Shown here: piece by piece, positions 1 through 12,919 of the stretch
Position numbering within the stretch: the first letter of the stretch is position 1
Layout of the letters: every line of letters starts with the position of its first letter
DNA from: Nemertoderma westbladi
Taxonomy: Eukaryota; Animalia; Xenacoelomorpha
Assembly (NCBI GenBank): GCA_032718475.1
Contig: JAUCBJ010000365.1
Coordinates: 7,363-71,362, forward strand
Length of the DNA stretch: 64,000 bases
Direction: 5' to 3'
The notes under the pieces: generated by a model
What the model saw: the letters and a program-made list of their open reading frames with translations, nothing else
Told to the model about the DNA's origin: nothing
Database searches by the model: none
Translations under genes and position numbers: made by a program

Positions 1-708
1 ATATGGAACCACTAAAGGATAAGGTTCGGAACCCGTACAGATATGGAACCACTAAAGGATAAGGTTCGGAACCCGTACAGATATGGAACCACTAAAGGAT
101 AAGGTTCGGAACCCGTACAGATAGGGAACCACTAAAGGATAAGGTTCGGAACCCGTACAGATAGGGAACCACTAAAGGATAAGGTTCGGAACCCGTACAG
201 ATAGGGAACCACTAAAGGATAAGGTTCGGAACCCGTACAGATAGGGAACCACTAAAGGATAAGGTTCGGAACCCGTACAGATAGGGAACCACTAAAGGAT
301 AAGGTTCGGAACCCGTACAGATAGGGAACCACTAAAGGATAAGGTTCGGATCCCGTACAGATGGGAACCACTAAAGGATAAGGTTCGGAACCCGTACAGA
401 TAGGGAACCACTAAAGGATAAGGTTCGGAACCCGTACAGATAGGATCCACTAAAGGATAAGGTTCGGATCTCGTACAGATATGGAACCACTAAAGGATAA
501 GGTTCGGAACCCGTACAGATAGGGAACCACTAAAGGATAAGGTTCGGAACCCGTACAGATAGGGAACCACTAAAGGATAAGGTTCGGAACCCGTACAGAT
601 GGGAACCACTAAAGGATAAGGTTCGGAACCCGTACAGATAGGAACAACTAAAGGATAAGGTTCGGATCTCGTACAGATATGGAACCACAAGGTTCGGACT
701 TCGTACAC
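1..708. repeat. 40-bp tandem minisatellite (ATAGGGAACCACTAAAGGATAAGGTTCGGAACCCGTACAG), about 17 copies, truncated by window start
   Basis: Directly visible head-to-tail copies with few variants and no spacers. Confidence 0.97.
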
Positions 709-1498
709 AATTGTTAGTTCCACCTGAATTCGTCAGTTTAAAGTAAATGACACTTCATATACCGGACGCCATACATAAAAAGACTAGACATAACTTTAGA
801 GAAATGACATTCAGCTAATTGTAATTTCACTTTTTTGAATTGGAAACTCCATGAATTTCTGGTTTAGAATAATCTAATTGGAATAATATAAAAAATAATT
901 TGTTGGATTACCTTTTGAATCAAGGAAGGAGAAAAGCGTAATATAAGAATTATAATGCGTATTACAAGTGAAATAAATTATCTTTTTTAATTTCCACCCT
1001 CTCGAACTATAATACGAGCCGCCGAGCCGTCAGTCGGTGGGATTAAATATGTATTTTTTCGTGTAATAAGTAATTGTATTTTTAATCTCATGTTTATAAT
1101 TTATGCTTCATTAATTTACCACAATTTATTGAGCAACCTACACAATTAATTATTGAATCATTGTAATTCATAAATTAGTCATTGTGTATTTTGTGTAAAA
1201 TTATGAACTATTATAATTAACAAATGAGACAATCTGGGTGATCGCATACGATGTCACTTTGTGATACTGAACATTTTCATTGGCCATCCCATATTTTATA
1301 AAGTGTTACTGATGCTTGCAAATAGAAACACAACTGAAAGATGAGATTATTATCGCTAGAAAACGAATGCCGTATGCAATAGCAGTCATGGACAATATCG
1401 AGTAGATCAGTCTGTGCATGGCATTGTTCTATGGCAGCCGCCTCGTGAGAGGAAAAGCGAGCCATTGCGAACTGTCTGGAGGTGTTGTGTGGATGGGC

Positions 1499-3150
1499 CG
1501 GTGTAACCGGTTGTAACATAATTGACTCCCCAGTAGTCTCAGCCTAGGCTGAGAACACTCGCCTTAGGCTGATATAACTCCGTACTCCCCTCTCGATAAC
1601 TCTCCTCTAGTTGCAAAAAATTGTTTAGTTTATTCTAACTTATACATTTTTTATTTATTATTTTTATTTTTATAAAAATAATTTTATGTTTATTTTTTAT
1701 TCACTTATACATTCACGTTCGTTTTACCATATACATATACAGGCAGCATAATAAAGCATAATACTTTTTGGAAGTGATTTTTTATGCCTGTTCATTTGAC
1801 TTTATTTGTCCGCAATTCTTTATGAATTTTGCATAATACTTTTGTTGTCCGCAGAATGACTTTTTATGCATGCATTATTTTCTTCAATTAAGAGAATGGA
1901 GCAGGTTACATAGATTGTCTTTTTTAACCAAAACAATAAACGATAAAATTACCAATTGAGGAAAAGTGTCAGGTTACAGAGGCGGGCTTTTCTAACCAAA
2001 CACTAGAAAGCCCGGGGGAACAATCCTAGCCAAGAGAATTTCAAATGAACTATGTCAGTCAGCAGTAAGTAAATTTTCAGCTGGATCAGGTTGCTTCTAG
2101 CGTCTTTTTGTCAATTCCAAGAAGACCAAAATCATGATAGTCAACGTAGACACAGACAGCCCTCATGCAATGTCTATGATCGTAAGGGCATAAGCTTTGT
2201 CCTATGTCGTATTATCAGTCTGGTAGTACACACTGCAGTATAGGTCAGTGCACACTGCACGGGCTACTGCATTGATGTACACGTACATGTTATTGTGTAT
2301 ATTGCATTTTATGTCATGTTAGCTGATTGAATTATAAGCACAGGGTCGTTCAAATGTTAGGTTCATAAAGACATGTAGGGACTGGTATTACTAAGCAAAG
2401 CTGTTCAATGGGGACCGAACCAACACACGACGTTTGTCTATGGAGGGTCTTCTTATAGCCAGCTTGCTGTCTTTTCTAGTTAATTAATAGGGCTGCTGCC
2501 TTTGATGTATTCTAATGGGTCATAATACTTCTAAAGCCAACTCTCTATGTATTCCTTTGCCACAGCTGTCACTGAATGTCTAAATACATATAATTTCGCG
2601 ACAAAATAATGCCAAAAAACGTAATATATCGAATACCACACATAGAATCGATCTGAAATTTTTTAACGCGATTATGAATCCCCAAAGCAATGTACTTGAA
2701 AATTTTCATAAAAAACGCCAGGTAGGAAGGGATTATTATCAGTGAGTGAGTCAGTCAGTCAGTGTTATATGACCTGAGATTTTTACAGTAAGTATCCCGC
2801 TGTCGCGTCGAGCAGGCTCCTAATTACAAAAAAGAGCAGGTAACATACCAATTGAGGAAAAGGAGCTTTTCTAACCAAAACAATCAACAGTTACAATACA
2901 AAATGAGAAAAAAGAGCAGGTAACAGAAACGGGCTTTTCTATTTACATTATTTAATATAATTATTATTATTTAACATTGAGAAAGGCTGCATCAGGATTT
3001 AACTTAATGAGCACAAATGTAATAAATGATTATTTGTAGCGTTTTTCGCAATTAGGGGAGTCATCTCAACCTAAGGGGAGTGTTCTCAGCCTAGGCTGAG
3101 ATAACTGGGGAGTTAATTTCAAGAGGGAGTTATCTCAGCCTTGTACACCT
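1499..3150. mobile_element. Non-autonomous DNA-transposon/MITE-like element with about 100-bp imperfect terminal inverted repeats
   Basis: About 1500-1615 (GACTCCCCAGTAGTCTCAGCCTAGGCTGAGAACACTC) is the reverse complement of about 3045-3150 (GAGTGTTCTCAGCCTAGGCTGAGATAACTGGGGAGTT). Ends are GGTGTA...TACACC. No transposase ORF. Confidence 0.6.
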
Positions 3151-5685
3151 GTCGGCAATGCATCCTAGTAGTGTGGGCCGATATTGTAGAGGCCTGTATG
3201 TAATGTGCAGCAGACGGAATATTGCCTTTAGCTTATATTGTGTACCGTTTAGGTGGTACTATAATATGTACGTACAACCCTATCACCATAAATGTAACAA
3301 ACAAAGTGAAGCATTCTGAGCTAATTTCTATGGTTACAGTTCCATGGCAGTTGCTGAACCGGAAGTAAGAACGGTTGCTTCGGGAAGGATGTCGGACATG
3401 TTGGGTTTACAGGAACAGCTTTCAGCCACGGTAAATAGAGTAGAATCAGTGTATTCTCCGCAAGTAGACATATGGCAGGCTCGGACACTAGCTATATAAG
3501 AAGAGCTGTTGGGAAGGTCACTGACAATAGCCTCCGGAGTGGAGACACTCCAACCATATTGAAAGGAAGAACTTTCGTCTTTGATGAGTAGTTGGTAGGT
3601 ATTTGGGAGGTCGCCGTTATGTCCAGGTACCCAGCTCACCTAGAAGGGGGTGATAATAATAATACTATCTTATTATCTAAACTACATGGACCATTAGTTA
3701 GGACGGTATAATCTTCATATTGCATGCAGTGGGATTTTGATTTCAAGTCTCAAAAGTATTTCTAAAACTAGGGTTCGAAAATGATGCAAAAGTAGCTAGA
3801 TTTCGAAAATGTATTTTTATTTTTAAAGCCCGTTTTAACTATTCGTAGCCAAAATATTATTTATTAAATGTCATAGTAGTTCACATTTTCTACTAAGTTA
3901 AGTTTCAGGGATATAACGAAAAGTGGTTGGGGCGGGTTAGCATACCTTGATATTTCCATCTGCAAGAGCTATCGCCGACACAGATTTAGGTGGATCCGGT
4001 GCGAAATGACGCCAACAGTACCCACAAGAAGCACGGCATATTTGTACCATATAAGTGGGATTATTTTTGCATTCGCCGCTATCTTTCCAGTGTCCACACA
4101 TAGTATTGTCATCCGTACACGATTCTCCTAAAGACTTTACATTGACTGACTCCAAATGGAAATCATTCAATGTACAGGATATGTGCTCGCCATTCTTGCA
4201 AAGTCCTTTAACCCACTAAAATATGGAAATATGAGTAAAATGTAATTGCTTATTATTCAACAATTAATTGCGCTGCCGATTAAACAATTAAACATTAACT
4301 ATTAAGTAACTGTGGGTTGTAATGGAAGTTTAGTAAGAATTTGTGTCATGAGGTCGTCAACAGAAAGTCCTAAGAAGACTTTACTCTCTTCTGCAGAGGG
4401 GTCCATTGATAGTCGATGCCAGTAGTGTGGCACTTGATCTTGGTTCCCCATCTTCTTCCGATGGACATTAATGTCACACCTTTACTTGTTATACTTACAG
4501 TTAGTTATATCAAGAACTAGACTTGGTATTTAATTGATATACTTACTGTGATATCCGGGTCTTCTTTACTTGAAAGTGGTATGATTTCATTTTGACATGG
4601 GAAGATTCTCTCAGTTAGATCGTAGGCCGCTCTATCATAACTTTTTAACTCATTTCGAGTGTTAACGAAATTTTTAATACCATCACAACTTCCATCAGCA
4701 TTGCTGGATTCCACGGATTGACTGAAGTAGTACATCATATTCTCTGCCATCCACTCGTTTTTGTCTGTACTGCCTGAAATATTTTGAGAATCGTTCAATC
4801 CTTCCGAATTTATCTTTAAGCGGATATTTGTACTCTACTCTGCGCCGTTTTCTAGGCGTCTAATATCCCCATGCCATACACCTAGCACATAGGATATGCT
4901 ATTACGTACTACACTTACTCAGGTAGGTGTTTTTTTATTATATATCTTACTGTAGCAGTTTTTCCACAGTCTCCTCGACGATTTATATTTCTTTCTGATA
5001 TCTCTATAAAGGGTACGATCGCCTCCCTTGACGCCGATAAGATGAATCCCATGGCCCAGTTCATGGAGGAAGATGTTGTTACCATAGTAATAATCTTCGG
5101 TGTAAGGATAATACAGAAGGTTCTCCTCAGCACCGGAACACAGCGGTTCCATCTGCGTTCCTCCCAAACCTGTAAATTGACTCTTTTTTTGAAGATGGTT
5201 GGTTGTTTCTCATATGTGATATAATATCACCAATTACATTGGATTCAACCCACAGAAGCCAATAGCAGTTAGGTCACATAAATTTATGTGGGGCACTGAG
5301 GGAAAGTAAACATTTATGACGTTCGCAATTCGCATTAATACGATAAATCGTCTCTGACACATGTGAGATTTGTCAATTATAACGAACTAAAATATATAAT
5401 ACTGTACTTAACCTCTAACACCACTATCAGCTCTGTTACGATGTTCAGGCATATCATTAGAGGCTTCATCTTTAGACATAATAGCCACTCTCGCCTGAGA
5501 GTTATACATTGCGTTTCTGATATCTTGTCTGGAAACAATAAATTATCAATTAGCAACAAACTAGTGAAGCAATTAGTTAAAGTGGACAAAACTCCAAAGA
5601 AATCTAGCAGATTCACAATTCCTATCTAACCATAAGAACAAAGTAACAAACCCAACCTACTTATATAAAATCAGGGACCAGGAAA

Positions 5686-6136
5686 TGATGTAACAAGTAT
5701 AACCTACCTTAATCTAACATCATAAACCAAGTAATGTAACAAGTATAACCTACCTATCTAACATCATGAACCAAGTAATGTAACAAGTATAACCTACCTA
5801 TCTAACATCATGAACCAAGTAATGTAACAAGTATAACCTACCTATCTAAAATCATGAACCAAGTAATGTAACAAATATAACCTACCTATCTAACATCATG
5901 AACCAAGTAATGTAACAGGTATAACCTACCTATCTAACATCATGAACCAAGTAATGTAACAAATATAACCTACCTATCTAACATCATGAACCAAGTAATG
6001 TAACAGGTATAACCTACCTATCTAACATCATGAACCAAGTAATGTAACAAGTATAACCTACCTATCTAACATCATGAACCAAGTAATGTAACAAGTATAA
6101 CCTACCTATCTAAATCATGAACCAAGTAATGTAACA
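5686..6136 (-). repeat. 44-bp minisatellite made of the exon-3 3' end plus 5' splice site of copy A (about 10 units)
   Basis: Unit on - strand: TGTTACATTACTTGGTTCATGATGTTAGATAG|GTAGGTTATACT, i.e. coding CYITWFMMLDR plus the donor. Confidence 0.95.
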
Positions 6137-6387
6137 ATATAGGCTTTCCGAAGTGCCTCATCCGGAACATTTTCCGAACTGAGTATCGGAATTCCATAGG
6201 CGTGAAGGTATTTCTTATAAAAAGGATCCAAATTCATTTCCGCAACAACCGCGTTGGGTGGTGGAGAAACATGACGGCAGTTGACATTCCTCCAGGCATC
6301 GCCCCTAATGTAATGGGTATTATATTAATAATAACATTACGTGAAATGTTAAAAATATCCCCGATAAACTATACATATATCCAAACA

Positions 6388-6604
6388 GATGGGGGGGGGG
6401 GGGGGGGGGGGGTGGGTTGACTTTCGACGCAATAAAAATTCATCCCTCTCCGGGAAATTAAGTAATGATTACTCCCAAATTAAAAATTGTGACTGTGTTC
6501 TATTGAGTTTCGTTATAAGTATTGTTATTATAACGTGCCACTGTAACCTGCTCCTTTCTCTAAATTGAGAAATATTAATTCGCTGAGATGGGATTTACGT
6601 TCAG

Positions 6605-6635
<31 letters not shown>

Positions 6636-6636
6636 A
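6388..6636. mobile_element. About 250-bp dispersed element bounded by a poly-G run and a poly-C run (MITE-like)
   Basis: G-run, ACTTTCGACGCAATAAAAATTCATCCCTC...GAGATGGGATTTACGTTCAG, C-run. Related copies at about 9964-10150, 17215-17440 and 22205-22455, with internal fragments at about 1890-2010, 2830-2940 and 21080-21265. Confidence 0.6.
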
Positions 6637-7917
6637 CTGACTCCCAAACAAAAAGCCCCCCCCTAACAGAATCAAAAGCTAAACTAAATAATCACCTGTC
6701 TGGGAACCAATAATTCATGGATCTCTTTTCAATGGATTTTTCATCATTATTTCCCGTCGCTTCATAACGTTTCGTTAAGGAACTCAAGGCAGCCACTCTA
6801 TCAGCCGCACCGGGTGGTTTAGGTAACGTATCCGGGTTAACTGCGTCTCTTTTCTCCGGTTGATCTTCCACATCAACAATCGAACCTTCAACTGACATTT
6901 TCTCAAAGTTTTTCCTATGATTCACCATGTATGGTTCTGTACTTGCTTTCTTAATATTGTTTGGATCAACTTCACTTGGAACTTCTGTTTGCGCTCTATC
7001 CATAGACACTGAAACAAACAAAGGGCAGCGATGAATATGAAATATGAAAAATATGAACCCACGGGTGGTTTTTGTTATAACTCTTAAACAAACCAGTTTA
7101 TAATCTGAAAGTTTAAAACTTTTCCTCAAAATATTTTGTCTTTCTAATATTGCAAACTGTTCTTAAAAATATTTGGCAATTTTCGAACTAAAGCACCATT
7201 TTAAGGAGTTTTTACCCCCTCCTTAGGTAAAATGTTCACATTTTGGTGTTTTATTTCATCTGACGCTCATATGAGGATTTCATATCTTAAAACGGCTTAG
7301 CGAGATCTTTTTTAGTTCTCGAGTTATTGCTGTCTTTCAGTCTAGCAATTTGTCCGTCAAAATTAAAGAAGGCAGACAGACATACTCACCATTAGACCTA
7401 CACGCATGATTACACCAAACATTTAAACTGACATTAAAACGGAAATGAATCACCAACCCAGAATTACAAATTCCACTGTTTTCACATCTAAGAATGGTAC
7501 TCATTACAGATTACTCATGTGTGACTCTGATAATTATTTTTGATACTCTGTTTAAAAAATCTACATTTTGATAAACTGCAATCGTGGCAACAGCTAATAG
7601 GTTTTCAGGAAATAAATCTTAAAATATTGACCAATAATAACAAAAATTTAATATTTATGTTTATTATTATTATTTTTGTTATGTTATTATTATTTATATA
7701 TTATGGTTTTGTTCAGTGTTGTACACCTTTAATTACGTTACATTAACTGTTCAACTCCAATTCATTTATTTTAAATAATATTCGTGTCTATTTCAGAGAA
7801 AATAGACTTGCAGCAGATGGTTGATTTTTTATTCTATGAGATACGGAATTTTATGGGCTTTCTGAATATCGAAACCATCTTTAATATCTTCTCTATCGGT
7901 TGAAATGTTATGAGGGA

Positions 7918-9090
7918 TTACTATTACTACTACTAGGTCGAGCGATCTCGAACAGTGGAAATGAGATCCTTCCAGGCTTCCCGATTCTCCATAGTTGTCG
8001 CAATTTCGTTTCTCCTAAGTTCAGTATCCCTTTCAAGTTGACCTATATATGTTATGGCCGGTCGTCCACGACTAAGCTTTCCATGAGTTGGTTGCCAGAA
8101 AAGTAGATCTGGTATGACCTCGTCTTTACTTCGCCAGCAGTGCCCACTGAATCTTAATCTGCGTTCATGGAGGGTGGTTGATAGAGGTGGTAGTGTACCT
8201 GTGGTAGTGGTAGTGTATTTGTCATGTGTTGTTTCCTTGTGTAGCAACCATCAATTCGTTGTTCAAGAGATTTCGTCATTGTCCAGGTCTCACCCCCGTA
8301 AAAGGTACACTTTCCACTGTAGCTCGAAAGAACTTAGTCTTCAGGTGCCTGGAGTGATCTGATTTCCAGATGGTATCCATTTTTGATAGAGCTACCCATG
8401 CCTTTGCTTTCCTAACTTCTTCAGGTGCCTGGAGTGATCTGATTTCCAGATGGTATCCATTTTTGATAGAGCTACCCATGCCTTTGCTTTCCTAACTTCT
8501 TCAGGTGCCTGGAGTGATCTGATTGCCAGATGGTATCCATTTTTGATAGAGCTACCCATGCCTTTGCTTTCGTAACTTCCAGGTATTTTTTGCTACTCTC
8601 TATCCATGACCCAAGGTACTGGAGGTCCTTCACCCTTCCTTAGTTGCTTAGTGTCGATTGTTGTCAAGTTTCCATAAACATTAGAAGTCATGAATTCGGT
8701 CTTGGTAGCATTTATATGCAATCCAACCTCCTTAGCAGCCCTCTCCACTTTATTCAGTAGAAGCTGTGCATCTGCTAGCATATTAGAGAGCCGAGCGATG
8801 TCATCCACAAAGTCTGTGTCTGTGACTAGTTGCCGGCTATCTACTACTTCTGTGCTCTTGACTCTTTGTGGCCGTCCTCATTGCGTAATCCAGTACAATT
8901 ACGAATAGAAATGGTGCCAGTGTGTCACCTTGCAGTACGCCAGCCAAGATTGAGAAGAACTCAGTTTCACCATCTGGTGAGAGTACCTGAGCTTCTCATC
9001 GGCATCATTGATGGCATCAAACTGTTGGTTTATAAGCTCCTGTAGATTAACAGAGTACTGCCCCTGTTCAGAGACTGTCAGTTGGTGGAG
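7918..9090 (-). mobile_element. Degenerate RTE-type non-LTR retrotransposon fragment in intron 1 of copy A
   Basis: RT remnants (DFVDDIA, VGLHINATKTEF, RRLRFSGHCWR) and a (TAG)n-like 3' tail at about 7918-7937. An internal 80-bp segment is triplicated at 8341-8580. Confidence 0.85.
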
Positions 9091-9787
9091 GGGTGCCAAT
9101 ATTTACATTGTATTACTTGGTGCATGTGAACCTTATTTGATAATGTGTTTAAAGGGAATAACTAATTATCTAAATTGCCCCACCATTGCGACTGTGATAC
9201 CTTGGTATCTTTATGGTGATTTTTGTATTGTACTCACTACAGTTTACTCAGGGGTAACTCAGATAATTATTTTTCAATTCTCCGTAACAAAATCTACATT
9301 TTCTATTCTGCAATCGAGGCAACATCTAATAGTTTTCTCAAAATTAATCTTAAAATTTTGACCAATAATAATAAAAATTCAATATATATTATTTCAATGC
9401 CATTATAATAATAGCGGGGTTTGTTTGGGAACCTTCCATGCTTTCCCTTTTCAGCAATTTTCGGCAATTACACCTACATTTCCTTCCCTTCCAGAGAAGG
9501 AATAAGCCTAAGTTTCGTCAGGAGTTCTTTTTGCTATTAACAAATACACCAACATTGGGGGGCAGCTTCTTCTAAGATGTGCAACAACATTAAAATTTAA
9601 ACTCTAAATTTTGATAATATCTTTATACCTTAATAATGGAATAGTTAATCAGATAAATGTTATTTCCTACCTGAGAAGAGGAAAAGGCCCACAAGACTGG
9701 TGAAATCCATCTTCCTAAATCGTCGTCCAAGTTATTAGATATTTATCAATTCTGAAAATATTAATCCCAAACCTGACTAGTTCTATC

Positions 9788-9795
9788 TATATATA
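9788..9795 (-). promoter_or_regulatory. Candidate TATA box of copy A
   Basis: TATATATA about 80 nt upstream of ATG 9710, within a block conserved with the copy B upstream region. Confidence 0.5.
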
Positions 9796-10409
9796 CGAAA
9801 CAAGATGAGCTATTAATTTTTACTACAGTGAATTAATGAGGGTTTTTGAACAGCAGGGCTGCGGCTTAAAACATTTTTGAGACCGAGAACTAATAGCAGG
9901 GGTTATGAGTTTCTAATTCTAATCGATATACAATTACTCAGACACACAGAACCACTTATCAAGATGGGGGGGGGGGGGGGGGGGGGGTGGACTTTCAACG
10001 CAATCAAAATTCATCCCTCCCCTGGAGAAAATCAACGCAAGTAACAGCTGATTACTCACAAAAATATAACTGTAAACGGTTGTATTGACTTTCGTTTATT
10101 GTTTTGGTTAGAATAACGTCCCACTGTAATCTGCTTAATTTCCTAAATTTGTACTTTAATTTGATACTAAATATTAATTACTGTAAAGTACTTTGCAACA
10201 AGTATGTATGTAGTTACATGTACATTATAAGTGATAGAAACTGCACAAATTATATTAGTTGCTGTATAAATAAATGTAAAATGACGTGGCGTTTAGAGCC
10301 ATGTTATAATAATATAGCTAGGCCCTACTGGTTATTAATAGCTATACCCCGCCTACCGGTAGGTAATGCAGTAGGCCCATCTGGCTGTCAGGCAAATTTC
10401 CACCTATTT

Positions 10410-10490
10410 TTTACGTGGTATCCAATGACGGCGTTAAGTAATGTCCCCTTAGTGGACATTACTTAACGCCGTCATGGGTTACCACGTAAA
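10410..10490. repeat. Near-perfect DNA palindrome/hairpin (22-bp perfect core stem plus 11-bp outer stem)
   Basis: ATGACGGCGTTAAGTAATGTCC ... GGACATTACTTAACGCCGTCAT, flanked by TTTACGTGGTA / TACCACGTAAA. Confidence 0.9.
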
Positions 10491-12919
10491 CAATAACACC
10501 AAATACAATACTAAATGTACAGGCCAATACAATGCTGTATTGTCCTCTAAAGTTGTAAAGTGCTAAATAACAACTCGCTGTTAATAATAACGTCGTTGAG
10601 TAATGTTACAATTTTGGAATAAAATAATTAACTTTGATCAAATTATATAAGGTAATTAATTATTTAATTGTTTTAAATTATTCAATTATTACTAATTAAT
10701 GGGGTGCCATATTTTTGGGTACAAATGAACCATGTTGGGTATATTGACATTAAAACAAATAAATAAATATTTTACAATATCGTCATGGCAGATGCGTTAA
10801 TACATTTTATACATTGAATAACATTTAACAGAACTTGTATACTGTAAAGTACGCTTTACAATGGGTACAATTTGCGGTAACGAAATTAACATTAACATCA
10901 GTAATTAATTACTTATAATTTGTACCGTTTTCTTGTATGTATTAGTTGTGTACATGTAATATAATGTTAGACAGAATAATATGTTGTTATCTATATCATG
11001 TTAATGGGAAATTTAATATTATTCTTTAGAAATAGTATTAATATGTTTATAGAGAATTGAATCTAAGTGATTGACATGTTTTGTGATTTAGTTATCTTAT
11101 ACATTACCACGAGAAAATTACTTAGTCGCCACATTAATTATTGCTTAAAATTACACCAAATCATAACTCAGTGTTTCCAATAGTTATACCAATAATAATT
11201 TAAAAATAGTATAAAATATATCCATCATTGGTACTTGGGCGTGTAACTTGAGATAATTCTATGCTTTGCGATGGCGCTTTTGTAACTTACACAATTTTAC
11301 TAACAAACAATTTGTACAACTTTAAAACTTTCACTCCAATTTGGCCAGTATCGAAATATCAAGTCGATTGATTCTCCCAATATAATTCCTGACAATAATA
11401 CGGGCTTACTAACAGTTCTGTTCAGGGTGTCGTGCCCAAGATATCAAACTTATAGGCAATCACAACATTAGGCTAAGAGAGATCACAGTGGTTATGTCCT
11501 TTGGGGACATGGATTCTAAACTCTGGCTGCAATACACTGTTTGACACAAACTGCTGACGATTGGGTAATTTTGTTTATGAATAACGTTAATGCTACAGCT
11601 CACACATGTTGGGGCTACAAAATAATATAGGCAGGCTATTTCATACATACCAGTGCAATTAACCAGAAGGCTACTCAACCCACTAGAACCCGTCACTGTT
11701 GATGTGAAGAACAAACAGTTCGACGTTATCCAATATTAATATGCCTCCAAATATCTTGATATAGTTTTATAACATAAACAATAATTACACAAATTGCAAT
11801 ACAGAAGAAGCCGACCGGTAGGCCGGTAAGCATCAGTTAATCAAGAGTCAGCACAATACTGACATGCAGTCAACATGCAGTCAGTGCATCCAGTCTACAG
11901 TTTCTGTCGCCATAGGTTCGTCCTGTACTTCACCACTAACCTTTGTACTGAAGACCGTCTCCTCTCTCTCTCTCTGAGAATCCTCTCCGAAGGGCCCGCA
12001 CAGAACCAGCCCACTCTAGTTCGACCATCATATGTTTGCAAAGGCTGGGGATTTGCAGGTCGTTTCTCCAAGACAAGAACAATTCGGACACAAACAAAAG
12101 TTGTGTTTTTATATTAATTTTACTTGAATTACTTTTATTATTGATGACGACGATCTGGTTCTACATTGTGATTAGGGTTAAGATTGATGAGTTTGGTGGA
12201 CAAGGTCAGGTTCAGGGAATATACTATTGGTGAAAGTGAGAATGTTTTAATGACTCAGACTCAGGAATTACTGTAGGCTTCACTAAATCAGAGACAATCA
12301 AAAAGTGAGGTTGAAAAATCGAGGGTTGTTAGAATTCATAATAATAATAATCGTGTGGCCGGTAACCTGCCACATAAGCCAACTCATTAACAAAGAGCTG
12401 CTTGACTGGCGCAATTACTTTTTTTTACTTTCAGTTTGGAACTGGCCATCAGTATACTGATTGATGGGTAGCACACGGTGAATAAGTGCACATACAATTT
12501 AGATCAACTGCGTAAATAAGTAAATGTGCCCAAAGTATCGCGATATAAACAAATGTATCCGTATATGGATATTGATAATAGATCAATACACATATCTAAC
12601 AGATAATACAACAATCTGGGCATACATAGAAAATCTTACAATACGAACACATAGAGGTAAGCTATAAAGCATAAGATCAGATTACATATCAAACTATATT
12701 GCGCTGAGCTTATTTGAGAATATGAGTATCAAAATGAGAGTATTATCCACAGTGTCAATATGGTATTCTCAGTATCTACATATATACATGCAAGGTCAAC
12801 ACAGAGTATTAGAGAACACAAAAAACGGGTCTCTGAAGTTGTGGCGCCTACATGGTGATTATGATCTCTTAAAACCATAATAATTAAGGGGCTGTAAGTT
12901 TCTACGGGAGCATGATGAT

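Larger units (their letters stand above)
3334..9710 (-). pseudogene. Copy A: secreted HExxH zinc metallopeptidase-ShKT-FN3 gene with frameshift and premature stop in exon 3 (pseudogene or assembly error)
   Basis: Exons on - strand: 9710-9671, 7008-6696, 6304-6106, 5528-5413, 5169-4951, 4773-4547, 4215-3946, 3639-3334, all GT-AG. N-terminus MDFTSLVGLFLFSVSMDRA; HELGHGIH; EWMAE; ShKT CTDDNTMCGHWKDSGECKNNPTYMVQICRASCGYC; FN3. Exon 3 is 199 nt versus 195 in B and C and reads ...KAYIVTLLGS-TGA. Confidence 0.75.

Noticed and set aside
1-708. Possible CRISPR array (also considered for 23139-24826 and 34563-35240)
   Set aside because: Head-to-tail repeats without unique spacers, no cas genes, and eukaryotic context.
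5377-5616. ORF-track proteins MNLLDFFG... (also 16620-16835 and 38545-38802)
   Set aside because: Wrong frame; the real exon 4 reads RQDIRNAMYNSQARVAIMSKDE...MPEH in the phase fixed by the flanking exons.
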